Shown here piece after piece: positions 10,239-19,625 of a stretch of DNA of 64,000 bases. The notes beneath the pieces are model-generated. The model searched no databases, was not told the origin of the DNA, and worked only from the letters and a program-made list of their open reading frames with translations. The stretch comes from an uncultured Clostridia bacterium (lineage in GTDB: Bacteria > Bacillota > Clostridia > Christensenellales > UBA1242). A program made the translations under genes and the position numbers. Each line of letters begins with the position of its first letter. Within the stretch, counting starts at the first letter, position 1. The stretch is taken from contig CAKNRR010000001.1 of the NCBI GenBank assembly GCA_930990975.1, positions 9,756 through 73,755 on the forward strand, written 5' to 3'.

Positions 10239-10541
10239 TTGTACTTTTCTATTTTATCATAAATAAAAAAAAATTACAACTACATTTTACAGATTTTTTA
10301 AATTATTTATTAAAAAATGAGATGGTCATTTTTTAAACAAAAATTGTCGAATTTTGACAAAATTTATAATAACAGGTCACAAAAAGACGACTTTTTTACA
10401 CAAATCGACATTGGTTGTCATAAAATCGACATAGTTTTGTAAAATATTTTACAAAATGTTACAATATTCTGGCAGTAATAATTGACTATCATATAAATAT
10501 AAAATTATAATTCCATTGTATATTGAAAAGGAGAGGGTTAC

Positions 10542-11066
10542 ATGAAATCAAATATATGGACTAAAACAATATTATTTACTTATAAATATTTAGACAATAT
10601 AGCTGGTGCATTAGATAAATTGATAGATAGGCAAGCACTTAATTCATATTATTATTGTGGTGGGAACCAAATGGATAATGGTGTTATGGCGGTTGCAGAT
10701 AGAATAATAAAGCTTAGTCAAAGAAAAATTAAGCTTATAAATATAAAAGTTCTCGTAGAGCAGACTTTGGAGAAGTGTGATACTCTTTTGGCACAACTTT
10801 TGATTGAAAAATATGTGGATAATGACAAGAGTGAAGAGATAGCCAAAAGACATAATCTTTCAAGTCGTACATATTTCAGGCGACTTATGCAGGCAGAAGA
10901 CAGTTTTTCTTATCTTATGTCACTAAGGGGATTTAATGATGAAAAATTGAAGGATTATTTAAAAGATGAAAAATGGATTATGGAAATATATAACAAATTT
11001 TCTCATAAAGCAGTTTGTGAAGAGAAAAACGAAGAAAAAGAGATTATAGAACAACAAATTTGTTAA
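10542..11066 (+). CDS. sigma-70 region-4-like small regulator (resembles phage late-gene activators of the RinA/ArpU/DUF1492 kind)
   Basis: 174 aa. EEIAKRHNLSSRTYFRRLMQAEDSF looks like a region 4.2 HTH, and no region 2 is present. It lies upstream of a terminase gene. The family assignment is by motif only. Confidence 0.5.
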   Translation: MKSNIWTKTILFTYKYLDNIAGALDKLIDRQALNSYYYCGGNQMDNGVMAVADRIIKLSQRKIKLINIKVLVEQTLEKCDTLLAQLLIEKYVDNDKSEEIAKRHNLSSRTYFRRLMQAEDSFSYLMSLRGFNDEKLKDYLKDEKWIMEIYNKFSHKAVCEEKNEEKEIIEQQIC

Positions 11067-11181
11067 AATAGAAAATTTGTTTGCGAAAATTTGTTCGCAT
11101 TTTAAATAAGACAGATTTTGAACATATAAAAAACAAAAAAATAAAATATTAAAAGCAAGAAAGAAAACTTGTTTTTTAAAA

Positions 11182-12069
11182 TCAGTTTAAATCACTTTCA
11201 TCAAATTCGTAATAATCTCCATGTCGTTTTTTTAGTTTTGGTTTGTTGTTTAACACTTTGTCTTTAAGAAGGGTTGGTTTCACAAGAAGATAAATTACAA
11301 TGACGCATGGCAAACTTACGCCTATGATAATGAAAGTCATGGCGACACTAGATAAGCCTTTTGGCGAATCAGCATTGCCAAAAATAGGAGAGTCAATAAT
11401 AGAAAAATATTCATTGTTTACAGGAATTTCAGTAAGCTGGTCGCAGAATACCGAATAGACATAACCATATAGTGAGTTTGTATTGAGCCTGCAATAATAC
11501 CATACATCGCTTTTTTCTGGAATAGATTGTTCGCCAATCTTATATCCGTAAAAAGTCAAATCGTCAGTAAGATATGGAATTTCTGCCAGTTTGTTTTCTT
11601 CGTTAAAATACGGTGAAGAATAAAGCCCTATTCCTTCAAGTGAAAAAATTCTAAAACTGCTTGTTGCATAAGGATTTATTGGTGTGCCATCCATGACGAT
11701 TACATCACTTTTTTTGATGTAGCCATATTGGTCACTATATTGACAATAATAAAAATTTGTATTTTCTTCATCAAGGAGTTTGACAAAATATGTGTTTGGA
11801 AGTTTAAAAAGCATGTTTTCATTGCTGTCTATTGGATTGCTGTAAAAAAATGCGTTTTCATTTTGAATTTTTGCATAGTAATATTCCTGCGCATTGGAGG
11901 ATAAGGCAGGGGAATTATTGATTGAAAAGACAAAAATAAAGGATATGATAAGCACTAAACTAAATGTCAAAAATAAAAGAGATTGACAAAATAAATTGAC
12001 TTTTTCTTTTTCAGAAGTGCAGTCATTTTGTTTAGAAATATTATTTTTATTATGATTTGTGTTATTCAT
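11182..12069 (-). CDS. membrane protein with two SH3b-like repeats
   Basis: N- and C-terminal TM segments. There are two similar units (YYAKIQNENAFFYSNP...YYCQYSDQYGYIKKSDV and FRIFSLEGIGLYSSPYF...WYYCRLNTNSLYGYVYSVF). Confidence 0.6.
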   Translation of the reverse strand: MNNTNHNKNNISKQNDCTSEKEKVNLFCQSLLFLTFSLVLIISFIFVFSINNSPALSSNAQEYYYAKIQNENAFFYSNPIDSNENMLFKLPNTYFVKLLDEENTNFYYCQYSDQYGYIKKSDVIVMDGTPINPYATSSFRIFSLEGIGLYSSPYFNEENKLAEIPYLTDDLTFYGYKIGEQSIPEKSDVWYYCRLNTNSLYGYVYSVFCDQLTEIPVNNEYFSIIDSPIFGNADSPKGLSSVAMTFIIIGVSLPCVIVIYLLVKPTLLKDKVLNNKPKLKKRHGDYYEFDESDLN

Positions 12070-12155
12070 ACACTCATTTTAAGATTTAATTGTTTTATAT
12101 GCAAAGAATTATTTGTCTAAAAATTATACATTTAAAATTATTTTGGCGGTTGAAT

Positions 12156-13580
12156 ATGGAAAAAGAATTGATATATAAGTTGAATTTAGTGAGAAAGATA
12201 TTAAAAAACAGAGAAAAAGATGATAATTTATCACGATATAATAAGGGAGAAAAAGTTCATTTAAAGCAGATGGAGTTTCATAAATGCAACAAGAAAAATA
12301 GATGGGTGTTTGGTGGAAACCGTTCTGGAAAAACAGAGTGTGGGGCAGTTGAAACTGTTTGGCTTGCGCGAGGCATTCATCCATATAAAGAAAACAAACC
12401 AATTTCTTGCTGGGTGGTATCTCTTACAAAACAAGTGCAAAGAGATGTTGCACAAAATAAAATTTTGCATTATCTTCGACCAGACTGGATAGAGCAGATT
12501 GTCATGGCAAGTGGCAGAAAGGACAGCGCGGATAGTGGAATAATAGATTTTATTCTTGTCAAAAATGTCTTTGGTTCTCTCAGCAAAATAGGCTTCAAAA
12601 GTTGTGACCAAGGCAGAGAGAAATTTCAAGGGACATCACTTGATTTTGTGTGGTTTGATGAAGAGCCGCCTTTTGATATTTACCAAGAGTGTAGGATGAG
12701 AGTCCTTGATAAGATGGGCATGATTTTTGGGACTATGACACCTTTGAAAGGGCTCACATGGGTTTATAATGAAATATATTTGAATGAAAATAATGATGAG
12801 CAGGTATGGCACATCGAAATTGAGTGGGCGGACAATCCTTTTTTGAATAGAGAGGAGATAGAAAGGATGACAAAGTCACTTTCGAGTGAAGAACTCGAAA
12901 GCAGAAGGTATGGCAAGTTTATGCAGTGCGGAGGACTTGTTTACAATGAATTTGATGAAAATATCCATGTGATAGAACCATTTGATGTTCCTAAAGAGTG
13001 GTATGATAATATTTCAATCGACCCTGGATTAAACAATCCACTTTCTGCACATTTTTATGCCGAGGACTTTGACGGAAATGTCTATGTTATTGCTGAGCAT
13101 TTCGCACAAGGAAAAGATGTTGTATATCATGCAAATTCAATCAAAGAAATATGCAAACAGCTTGATTGGCACTATACAAATGGAAAAATATCAGCGCTTA
13201 TTGATAGCGCCGCAATGCAAAGGACTTTGGCGAGCAGTAAAAGTGTTGTTGATTTGTTTTATGAAAATGGAATATTGGTTAATCCTCGTGTTAATAAAGA
13301 TATGTTCAGTGGAATAAACACTGTTAAGCGATATTTTAAGGATGGAGAGGGGAAGGCACATCTTTTTATTTTTAAAAATTGTGTGAATTTAATAAGAGAA
13401 CTCAAGTCGTATTGGTGGGGAGATAATGACCTTCCAATCAAAAAAGATGATCACTGCCTTGATGAAATGAGATATTATCTCATGGATAAACAACTTTCAA
13501 GAAGAATAGCTAAAAAGAAAAATGAGATACAGCTTGATAAGGAAAGACTTATAAGAAAATTGAAAAACAATATGAGATAG
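12156..13580 (+). CDS. phage terminase large subunit (TerL), apparently intact and orphan
   Basis: Walker A GGNRSGKTECG, Walker B LDFVWFDEEP, nuclease acidic residues ISIDPG, LIDSAA and DDHCLDEMRYY. The start is taken at ATG 12156 (MEKELIYK) rather than the TTG at 12090. Confidence 0.85.
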   Translation: MEKELIYKLNLVRKILKNREKDDNLSRYNKGEKVHLKQMEFHKCNKKNRWVFGGNRSGKTECGAVETVWLARGIHPYKENKPISCWVVSLTKQVQRDVAQNKILHYLRPDWIEQIVMASGRKDSADSGIIDFILVKNVFGSLSKIGFKSCDQGREKFQGTSLDFVWFDEEPPFDIYQECRMRVLDKMGMIFGTMTPLKGLTWVYNEIYLNENNDEQVWHIEIEWADNPFLNREEIERMTKSLSSEELESRRYGKFMQCGGLVYNEFDENIHVIEPFDVPKEWYDNISIDPGLNNPLSAHFYAEDFDGNVYVIAEHFAQGKDVVYHANSIKEICKQLDWHYTNGKISALIDSAAMQRTLASSKSVVDLFYENGILVNPRVNKDMFSGINTVKRYFKDGEGKAHLFIFKNCVNLIRELKSYWWGDNDLPIKKDDHCLDEMRYYLMDKQLSRRIAKKKNEIQLDKERLIRKLKNNMR

Positions 13581-13849
13581 AAGTATAGGTAGCAATATGA
13601 GATGTGAAATATAAGATGATAGTATAAGATGACGATTTTTAAATAAAATAAAAAATAATAAAATAAAATTAATAAAACTTTTTTCATATTTTTTATTGAA
13701 TTATTTTGTCGATTTTAAAATATTTTATAATTTATTTGGAAAAAATATATTTATATGTTAAATTATATATATAAAATAATTATATATATTTAAGCGAATA
13801 TTAATGAAAAAAAATCAAGCAAAATTTTGGTTTAATAAAAGGGTGAAAA

Positions 13850-16309
13850 ATGAAAAAAAATTTATTGTTTGTTCTTTCATTTATGTTAATTTTGACTGGA
13901 GGCATCACTTCAATGTCTGCGGTGAATTTATCCAGCAATGTAGAAGTGCTATCTGATGATAATTCAGAGTATGTAGTAAAAAATATAGATACAGAGGCAA
14001 CTTTTATCTCAATAATGAGTGATACAAGCACATATGACAACAAAAACATAAAAATTGTTTTAGAAAAAGACCTTGATTTTACAAATTATGAAATGTCTGC
14101 AATCTTTGCAAGTTTAAGATGTTTCCAAGGACAATTTGATGGGCAAGGATATACTATTTCAAATATAACCCTTTCTTCAAACATGTTGTATTATGGATTG
14201 ATTCCTTATGCTCAAAATGCTACAATTGAAAATTTGAAGATTTCTGGTAATGTAAATTTCTTATTTGATGAAGAAAATACAAACCCAATTTATGCGGGTG
14301 TTTTGCTTGGATATGGCGAAAATGTGACAATAAGAAATTGCGAGCTTTATAATGTTAAAGTAGAAACTCCAATTGATCTAGATCCAGAAGAACCAGGGAC
14401 AGAAATTACAACTTATAGTGAAAATGAAAATCATGATGATGAAGTTGACCCTCAAGTAGAGGAAGAAAAAGAATTTGTAAGCACAGATTTGCAAATATAT
14501 TCAAATATAACATTTGGTGGAATTGCAGGAAAACTTATCAGCTCTGTAACAGAAGGACAACCTAATGCAAAAAGTGTTGTTTCTGATAGCATAAGTTATT
14601 ATGACTTTAATGTTTATGTAAATCGTGAAAGCCGTATTGTTATGGGCGGACTTGTAGGTTCATTGTCTAGTGGAAGCGAACTTAAAAACTGTTTAAGTTT
14701 TGGAGATATAAATGTCTACAACAATGTAACTACCAAAGTAGAATATGTTTATAATCAATATTACGGCGGAATTGCAGGTGAAATTGAGGGGACAAATACA
14801 TACTTGCTCAACACTTGCTATGGCGGACAAATCATTTTCAATGAAAATGTTGACAAAGATTGCTATAAAGGTTCTATTGTCGGCAACTTAAATTGTCCTC
14901 AAGCAGATAGATATTTTAATGTCAATTTTTCATATTGGACTCAAGGTAATATGAGCTATTATGGTGCTGGCTATGCAGTGTCATCAAACAAATTGTCACA
15001 AGTGGCAATGATAAATAGAGATTTTTTGGCAAATGTTGACAACTTTGACACAAAAGAACTGGGATTTAATTTTGAAAATATTTGGAGCATGATTGACAGC
15101 GAACTGCATTTGCAAAATTTCCAACAATATACATTTAGTTTTAATTCAACATTAGATGTTGGAAGAATAATTGAAAGTGCAACATTGAAAGTTGAAGGAG
15201 ATACTGAAAGTGAGGGGGCAACTCAACTTACTGTCAAATATGGCATAAATGTTGTAATTTCAATTAAATATACCGAAGACAATGTAGGTTACTATAGATT
15301 AAGCAATATAATGCTTAACGGGAACACCTTGGAATCAGACTATTATACAGCAAATCCAACAGAAGATGAAGGCGGATTAATGACAGGTTATGACATAATC
15401 ATTTCTGCAAATGATGCTACAGATGGGACTTATTCATTCTCATTATCAGCAAATCAATACAACTGCGTTGTTGAAATATCACAAGAAGCTATTGAAAAAT
15501 CACAAGGTGGAGTAAAAGTTGTAGGTGCAAGCTCATCAACTTCTTCAATGAATCTTTCTTTCTCAGCAACAAACAGAAATATGAGCATAACTGCAGTTGG
15601 CAATGGAATTTATAGTTTTTCACATTGGGAATTATTCTATAGAACAGAAAATGGAGAATTTTCAGACGAGCCAACTTCTATTTCAACTGATTTAAGCCAA
15701 AGCATAGTTTTAAATATTGATTATGGCAGCATGCCATTTGATAGAGAGTTTAAACTTGTGGCAAACTTCACAGATGAAGAAGCTGTGCTTGTAAGTATTG
15801 ATGCCTCTGGTATGGATAACATAAAATCAATCACTTTGGCTGGTGCAGTATATGAAGGGGAACCAATCGCAGTTTCTCCAACAAGCACTTCAGTAATACT
15901 TGAGATTGTTACACTTAAAAATTATACTATGGATATAGATGCTTTCGTAAGTTATGTTCAGCGTTTGTATGGGGATAATTCAACAGATACATTGATAGTT
16001 AGTGACCCTGTCACAAATGAAGATGGTGAAACGACATATTCGTATAGATTAAATATGCGCTATATAACAGAAATCAATGATAATAAATTGACTTTATCAG
16101 TTCAAGTTGTAAACGATGGCGGAAATATGGATGATGGCATGCTTTGGGTTTATATAGTTGTTCCAATCGTTGCTGTTATAATAATAGGTGTTGTAATATT
16201 CATTATTGTAAGACGCCGTAAGTATGGTGGTGGCGGCAGAGGCGGAAAGGGCGGAAGTTCTGGAAGCGAGAAAAAGAAACCTGCAAGCTATAAAGACTAT
16301 TATGTATAG
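13850..16309 (+). CDS. secreted, C-terminally anchored surface protein with GLUG motifs and a Gly/Arg/Lys cytoplasmic tail
   Basis: Signal peptide MKKNLLFVLSFMLILTGGITSMSAV. It has FQGQFDGQGYTISNI, FGGIAGKL, MGGLVGSL and YGGIAGEI motifs, a TM segment LWVYIVVPIVAVIIIGVVIFIIV, then RRRKYGGGGRGGKGGSSGSEKKK. Confidence 0.8.
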   Translation: MKKNLLFVLSFMLILTGGITSMSAVNLSSNVEVLSDDNSEYVVKNIDTEATFISIMSDTSTYDNKNIKIVLEKDLDFTNYEMSAIFASLRCFQGQFDGQGYTISNITLSSNMLYYGLIPYAQNATIENLKISGNVNFLFDEENTNPIYAGVLLGYGENVTIRNCELYNVKVETPIDLDPEEPGTEITTYSENENHDDEVDPQVEEEKEFVSTDLQIYSNITFGGIAGKLISSVTEGQPNAKSVVSDSISYYDFNVYVNRESRIVMGGLVGSLSSGSELKNCLSFGDINVYNNVTTKVEYVYNQYYGGIAGEIEGTNTYLLNTCYGGQIIFNENVDKDCYKGSIVGNLNCPQADRYFNVNFSYWTQGNMSYYGAGYAVSSNKLSQVAMINRDFLANVDNFDTKELGFNFENIWSMIDSELHLQNFQQYTFSFNSTLDVGRIIESATLKVEGDTESEGATQLTVKYGINVVISIKYTEDNVGYYRLSNIMLNGNTLESDYYTANPTEDEGGLMTGYDIIISANDATDGTYSFSLSANQYNCVVEISQEAIEKSQGGVKVVGASSSTSSMNLSFSATNRNMSITAVGNGIYSFSHWELFYRTENGEFSDEPTSISTDLSQSIVLNIDYGSMPFDREFKLVANFTDEEAVLVSIDASGMDNIKSITLAGAVYEGEPIAVSPTSTSVILEIVTLKNYTMDIDAFVSYVQRLYGDNSTDTLIVSDPVTNEDGETTYSYRLNMRYITEINDNKLTLSVQVVNDGGNMDDGMLWVYIVVPIVAVIIIGVVIFIIVRRRKYGGGGRGGKGGSSGSEKKKPASYKDYYV

Positions 16310-16617
16310 AAGCGATAGTTTAAATTGACTAAACCCCTTTAAGTTGACCAAACCCTTAAAGAGTGGTTATGAGATGAAATGGAAAATAAATTTATTATAA
16401 TTATTTCTTTTTCTAGTTTTGTTTTTATGTGGCTATGTAAACGAAATTTTGGCATTTGAGCCTTTCGTGTCCGACAAAAAATAACAAAAAAAAGAAGAAT
16501 TTGAAATAGATTTTAACTTATGAAATTAAACAAAAAAGAGCTTTATCAAATAAGATATTGCTCTTTTTTTATTTTTTGCTTAAAATTTACAGCATTTTTA
16601 TCTTTTTTAGATAAGTT

Positions 16618-17628
16618 TTAGGCAATTTTGTTTGCAATGCTATTGTCAACAAGTTTTTCAAAAGTCGATGAATATTGAGTTTCTTCAGTAGTTGAATTGA
16701 TAATTTCCATCATCTTATCAAAAGATTCTTCTGTCATTGCAGGGCTAGAACACCAAGCATCAATTGCAATATATTGTTCAACAGCAATTTTGAGCTCTTC
16801 ATTTGTCATACCAGAGAATGAAGGAGCTAAAGCCTCAGCAGCTTTGTCAGAACTTTGCGTTGAGATGTATTGATAACCTCTGTAGACTGCTTTCAAGAAT
16901 TTTTCAGCTTGTTCACCCTTATCTTTAAGGAAACTTTGCTTAGTTGCAAAGCAAGTGTAAGGGACATTGCCAGAGAAATCGCCAACAGCATCTAAGACAT
17001 AACCATTGCCTTCTTTTTGAAGATTGGTTGCAGTTGGTTCAAAGAGAGTGCAGAATTCACAACCGCTTGTCACAAATTCGCTTCCAATCATAGGGAATGA
17101 AACATCTGTTCTAAGATTGACTTGACCACTTGCAGTATCAGTGCCGATAGTCATTCCAGCTTGTTCTATAATATACTGCAAAACCATAGCAGGCATTCCA
17201 CCTTTTCGTCCAGCAATGATGGTTGTTCCCTTAAGCATATCAAGAGAGAAATCTTCTATTTTGTCTCTTGAAACGAAGAATGAGCCATCGCGTTGGGTGA
17301 GTTGTCCGAAGATGACAGGTTGGTCTTTGGTGCCTTCAGCATATACAACAGTTTCAGGACCAACCAAAACAATATCTGCACTACCGCTGAGAAGGGCAGT
17401 CATTGAAGCATCAGAACCTGTCGCACTTTCAATAGTGACTTCCAAGCCTTCATCTTCAAAGAAGCCTAGATTGTAAGCTGCATAAAGTGGGGCATAGAAG
17501 ATACTATGTGTAACCTCATTAAGTCTTATTTTGTTATCATCTTTACCACAGCTTATAAAAATAAAGCTAGATGCGAGGGCGATAACCAAACAAAGGACAT
17601 AGAGGGATATAGATTTGATTTTTTGCAT
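16618..17628 (-). CDS. ABC transporter substrate-binding lipoprotein (NMT1/SsuA/TauA-like)
   Basis: Lipobox FISC. It has FYAPLYAAYNLGFFEDEGLEV, typical of the NMT1/THI5-like SBP fold. No permease or ATPase is adjacent. Confidence 0.7.
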   Translation of the reverse strand: MQKIKSISLYVLCLVIALASSFIFISCGKDDNKIRLNEVTHSIFYAPLYAAYNLGFFEDEGLEVTIESATGSDASMTALLSGSADIVLVGPETVVYAEGTKDQPVIFGQLTQRDGSFFVSRDKIEDFSLDMLKGTTIIAGRKGGMPAMVLQYIIEQAGMTIGTDTASGQVNLRTDVSFPMIGSEFVTSGCEFCTLFEPTATNLQKEGNGYVLDAVGDFSGNVPYTCFATKQSFLKDKGEQAEKFLKAVYRGYQYISTQSSDKAAEALAPSFSGMTNEELKIAVEQYIAIDAWCSSPAMTEESFDKMMEIINSTTEETQYSSTFEKLVDNSIANKIA

Positions 17629-17976
17629 TTTTCCTCCTTACAAAAAACAATTTATGAAATTTATTATGCAAGTGTGAAAATTATAAGCCAAATTTTAAAT
17701 TTGACAAAAAGCGAAAAAAATGATATAAAAAGAAAAAGATAGTGCTATTTTTGATTAAAATTAAATTTTGAAGATTTGTTTAATGCACAAAAACTTGTGA
17801 AAGAAAGTTTTTTACAGGACTTAAATAAATGATATGTTGATTATATTTGCTAAAATATGTGAGTAGACTTTTAAGAATTGATAAAAAACTGAAAGATAAA
17901 TAAAAAATTGGCTTTATATAAAATTAGTCATAAAATCTTAATGATGATTTATAGAAATATTAAAAGGAAGGATTAG

Positions 17977-18522
17977 ATGAGGGTTACAGCTGGAAAGTTT
18001 AAGGGGTGCGTTTTGATAGAAAATAAATTTGAGCATATCAGGCCGACTGCAGATATGGTTAAACAAGCATTATTTAATAAGCTGGCATTTGTTGTGCCAG
18101 AAGCGAAAGTTCTTGATTTATTTTGTGGCACTGGGGCTTTGGGAATTGAAGCAATCAGCAGAGGAGCAAACGAAGTTGTTTTTGCAGATAAAGATTCAAG
18201 AAGCATCGCTTTGACAAAATCCAATCTTGAAAAATTGGGTATCAAAGATGCAAGACTTATCAAACTGCCTTATGATAAAGCCATTGACAAATTGAAAGGG
18301 GAAAGATTTGATATAATAATTCTTGACCCACCTTATAAAAGTGGAATTTATGAAGATGTCATAAAACTAATTGCAGAAAATGGACTTTTAAATGATGAAG
18401 GCATGATTGTTTGTGAACATGAAAAACGAGATAATTTCAACTATAGTCCTTTCAAGGTCGTTGATGAAAAAAGATATGGAATAAAGATGTTGACATATTT
18501 GCAAATTGAAAAAGAGCCTTAA
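17977..18522 (+). CDS. rsmD: 16S rRNA (guanine966-N2)-methyltransferase
   Basis: RPTADMVKQALFN, the SAM motif LDLFCGTGALGIEA, and DPPY. Confidence 0.88.
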   Translation: MRVTAGKFKGCVLIENKFEHIRPTADMVKQALFNKLAFVVPEAKVLDLFCGTGALGIEAISRGANEVVFADKDSRSIALTKSNLEKLGIKDARLIKLPYDKAIDKLKGERFDIIILDPPYKSGIYEDVIKLIAENGLLNDEGMIVCEHEKRDNFNYSPFKVVDEKRYGIKMLTYLQIEKEP

Positions 18523-18644
18523 TAAAACGAAAACTTACAAAATCATTCTTTGTGCTTTGATTTTATAAAATTATAAGCAAAATAGAATGTGAAATTAACA
18601 GTGTCGAATTGAAATTAAATATTTTATAGAAATATCTTTCAAAA

Positions 18645-18673
18645 CAAAAAAATGGGCATTTGCCCATTTTTTC
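18645..18673. terminator. bidirectional terminator between convergent rsmD and the GDPD gene
   Basis: A-run, stem atgggc/gcccat extended by A:T pairs, T-run. Confidence 0.7.
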
Positions 18674-18751
18674 TTTATCTCTAATTTTTGTTTTGTTTAA
18701 AAAATAATTAAATTTGGATTGTTTTTTTATTTCTCTTTATTTTTTTATAAG

Positions 18752-19480
18752 TTATATTTTGGGTTCAAATCCTTCGAAAATGACATTATCACAATACTTG
18801 ACAACTTTTAAATATTCGCTTTGATTTCTCACTGTCCAAACTAAGAGTGGAATTGACTTATATTTGCGAATAAATCTATTTGGCACTCTTTTTGCTTCAT
18901 AGCTTATGAAGTTTGGTTTTGAAATTTTCTTATTTAAAAGCATTCTTTTGAGTGCATATTTTTTTATGAATGACAATTTTTCGCCTTTGAAGAAACCTGC
19001 AAGCTGTCCACGAATTATGTTTGGTGCATGTTTGTGGAAATATTCAAGGACATAAGGATTGAAAGATTGAACAGCATATTCGCCCTTATAATTTTTTAAA
19101 ATATCAACAACTTTCTTTTCAAGTTCTCCAACTTTTCCTTGATTTTTGATTTCAATAAGGATAGGGGTTCTTCCAGCAACAAAATCTAAGACCTCTTCAA
19201 AAGTAGGGATTTTTTCTTTGCTGTCTTTCAAAGTCAAAATCTCAAGGTCTGATTTGTTAAGGAATTTTACATAGCCGTCATTATCTGTCAGTCTTGACAA
19301 ACTGTCATCATGAAAAACAATGACAGTGCCATCAGCAATCATTTGCACATCAAGCTCAATAGGGTAACCCTCATTGATAGCATTTTCGAAAGCAGATATA
19401 GAATTTTCAGGATGTTCTTTATCATGTAATCCACGATGTGCAATTGGACTTTGCACCAGCCAAGAATTAAATAAATCCAT
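18752..19480 (-). CDS. glycerophosphodiester phosphodiesterase family protein
   Basis: IAHRGL, ENSISAFENAI, IELDVQ and VVFHDD motifs of the GDPD fold. Confidence 0.85.
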   Translation of the reverse strand: MDLFNSWLVQSPIAHRGLHDKEHPENSISAFENAINEGYPIELDVQMIADGTVIVFHDDSLSRLTDNDGYVKFLNKSDLEILTLKDSKEKIPTFEEVLDFVAGRTPILIEIKNQGKVGELEKKVVDILKNYKGEYAVQSFNPYVLEYFHKHAPNIIRGQLAGFFKGEKLSFIKKYALKRMLLNKKISKPNFISYEAKRVPNRFIRKYKSIPLLVWTVRNQSEYLKVVKYCDNVIFEGFEPKI

Positions 19481-19625
19481 TTTTCAACCACCTTTAACAA
19501 TAATTTTTATATAAATATGCGAAAAAAGAACAAAATACGACAAAAATTTAGTATTTCATAGCAAAATTATATCATAAATATTGAAAAATACAAAATAATT
19601 AAGTATTAAAATTATTTTTATATAA

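Noticed and set aside
10344-10351. Recurrent GTCGAAT / ATTCGAC motif in intergenic regions (about 10346, 18603, 45201, 49187, 50061 and 57680) as a regulon signal.
   Set aside because: A rough expectation for this 7-mer on both strands of 64 kb at about 30% GC is 6 occurrences. I did not scan coding regions systematically, so no enrichment is demonstrated.
12090-12155. N-terminal extension of terL from the TTG at 12090. Similar upstream extensions appear in the ORF track for lepA, rpsP, ylxM, parE, the ABC exporter, the M60 peptidase and the ABC ATPase.
   Set aside because: The extensions are hydrophobic or low-complexity and lack an RBS. Internal ATG or GTG starts align with conserved N-termini and Shine-Dalgarno sequences.
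8139-13849. An integrative element or prophage bounded by tRNA-Leu (and a similar idea for tRNA-Arg at 59861).
   Set aside because: I found no integrase or recombinase and no direct repeat of either tRNA 3' end in the window. It is reported only as an orphan TerL cluster.
17629-17976. A riboswitch (for example TPP) upstream of the NMT1-like binding-protein gene.
   Set aside because: The leader is almost pure A/T, with no conserved riboswitch core such as CTGAGA or ACCTGA.
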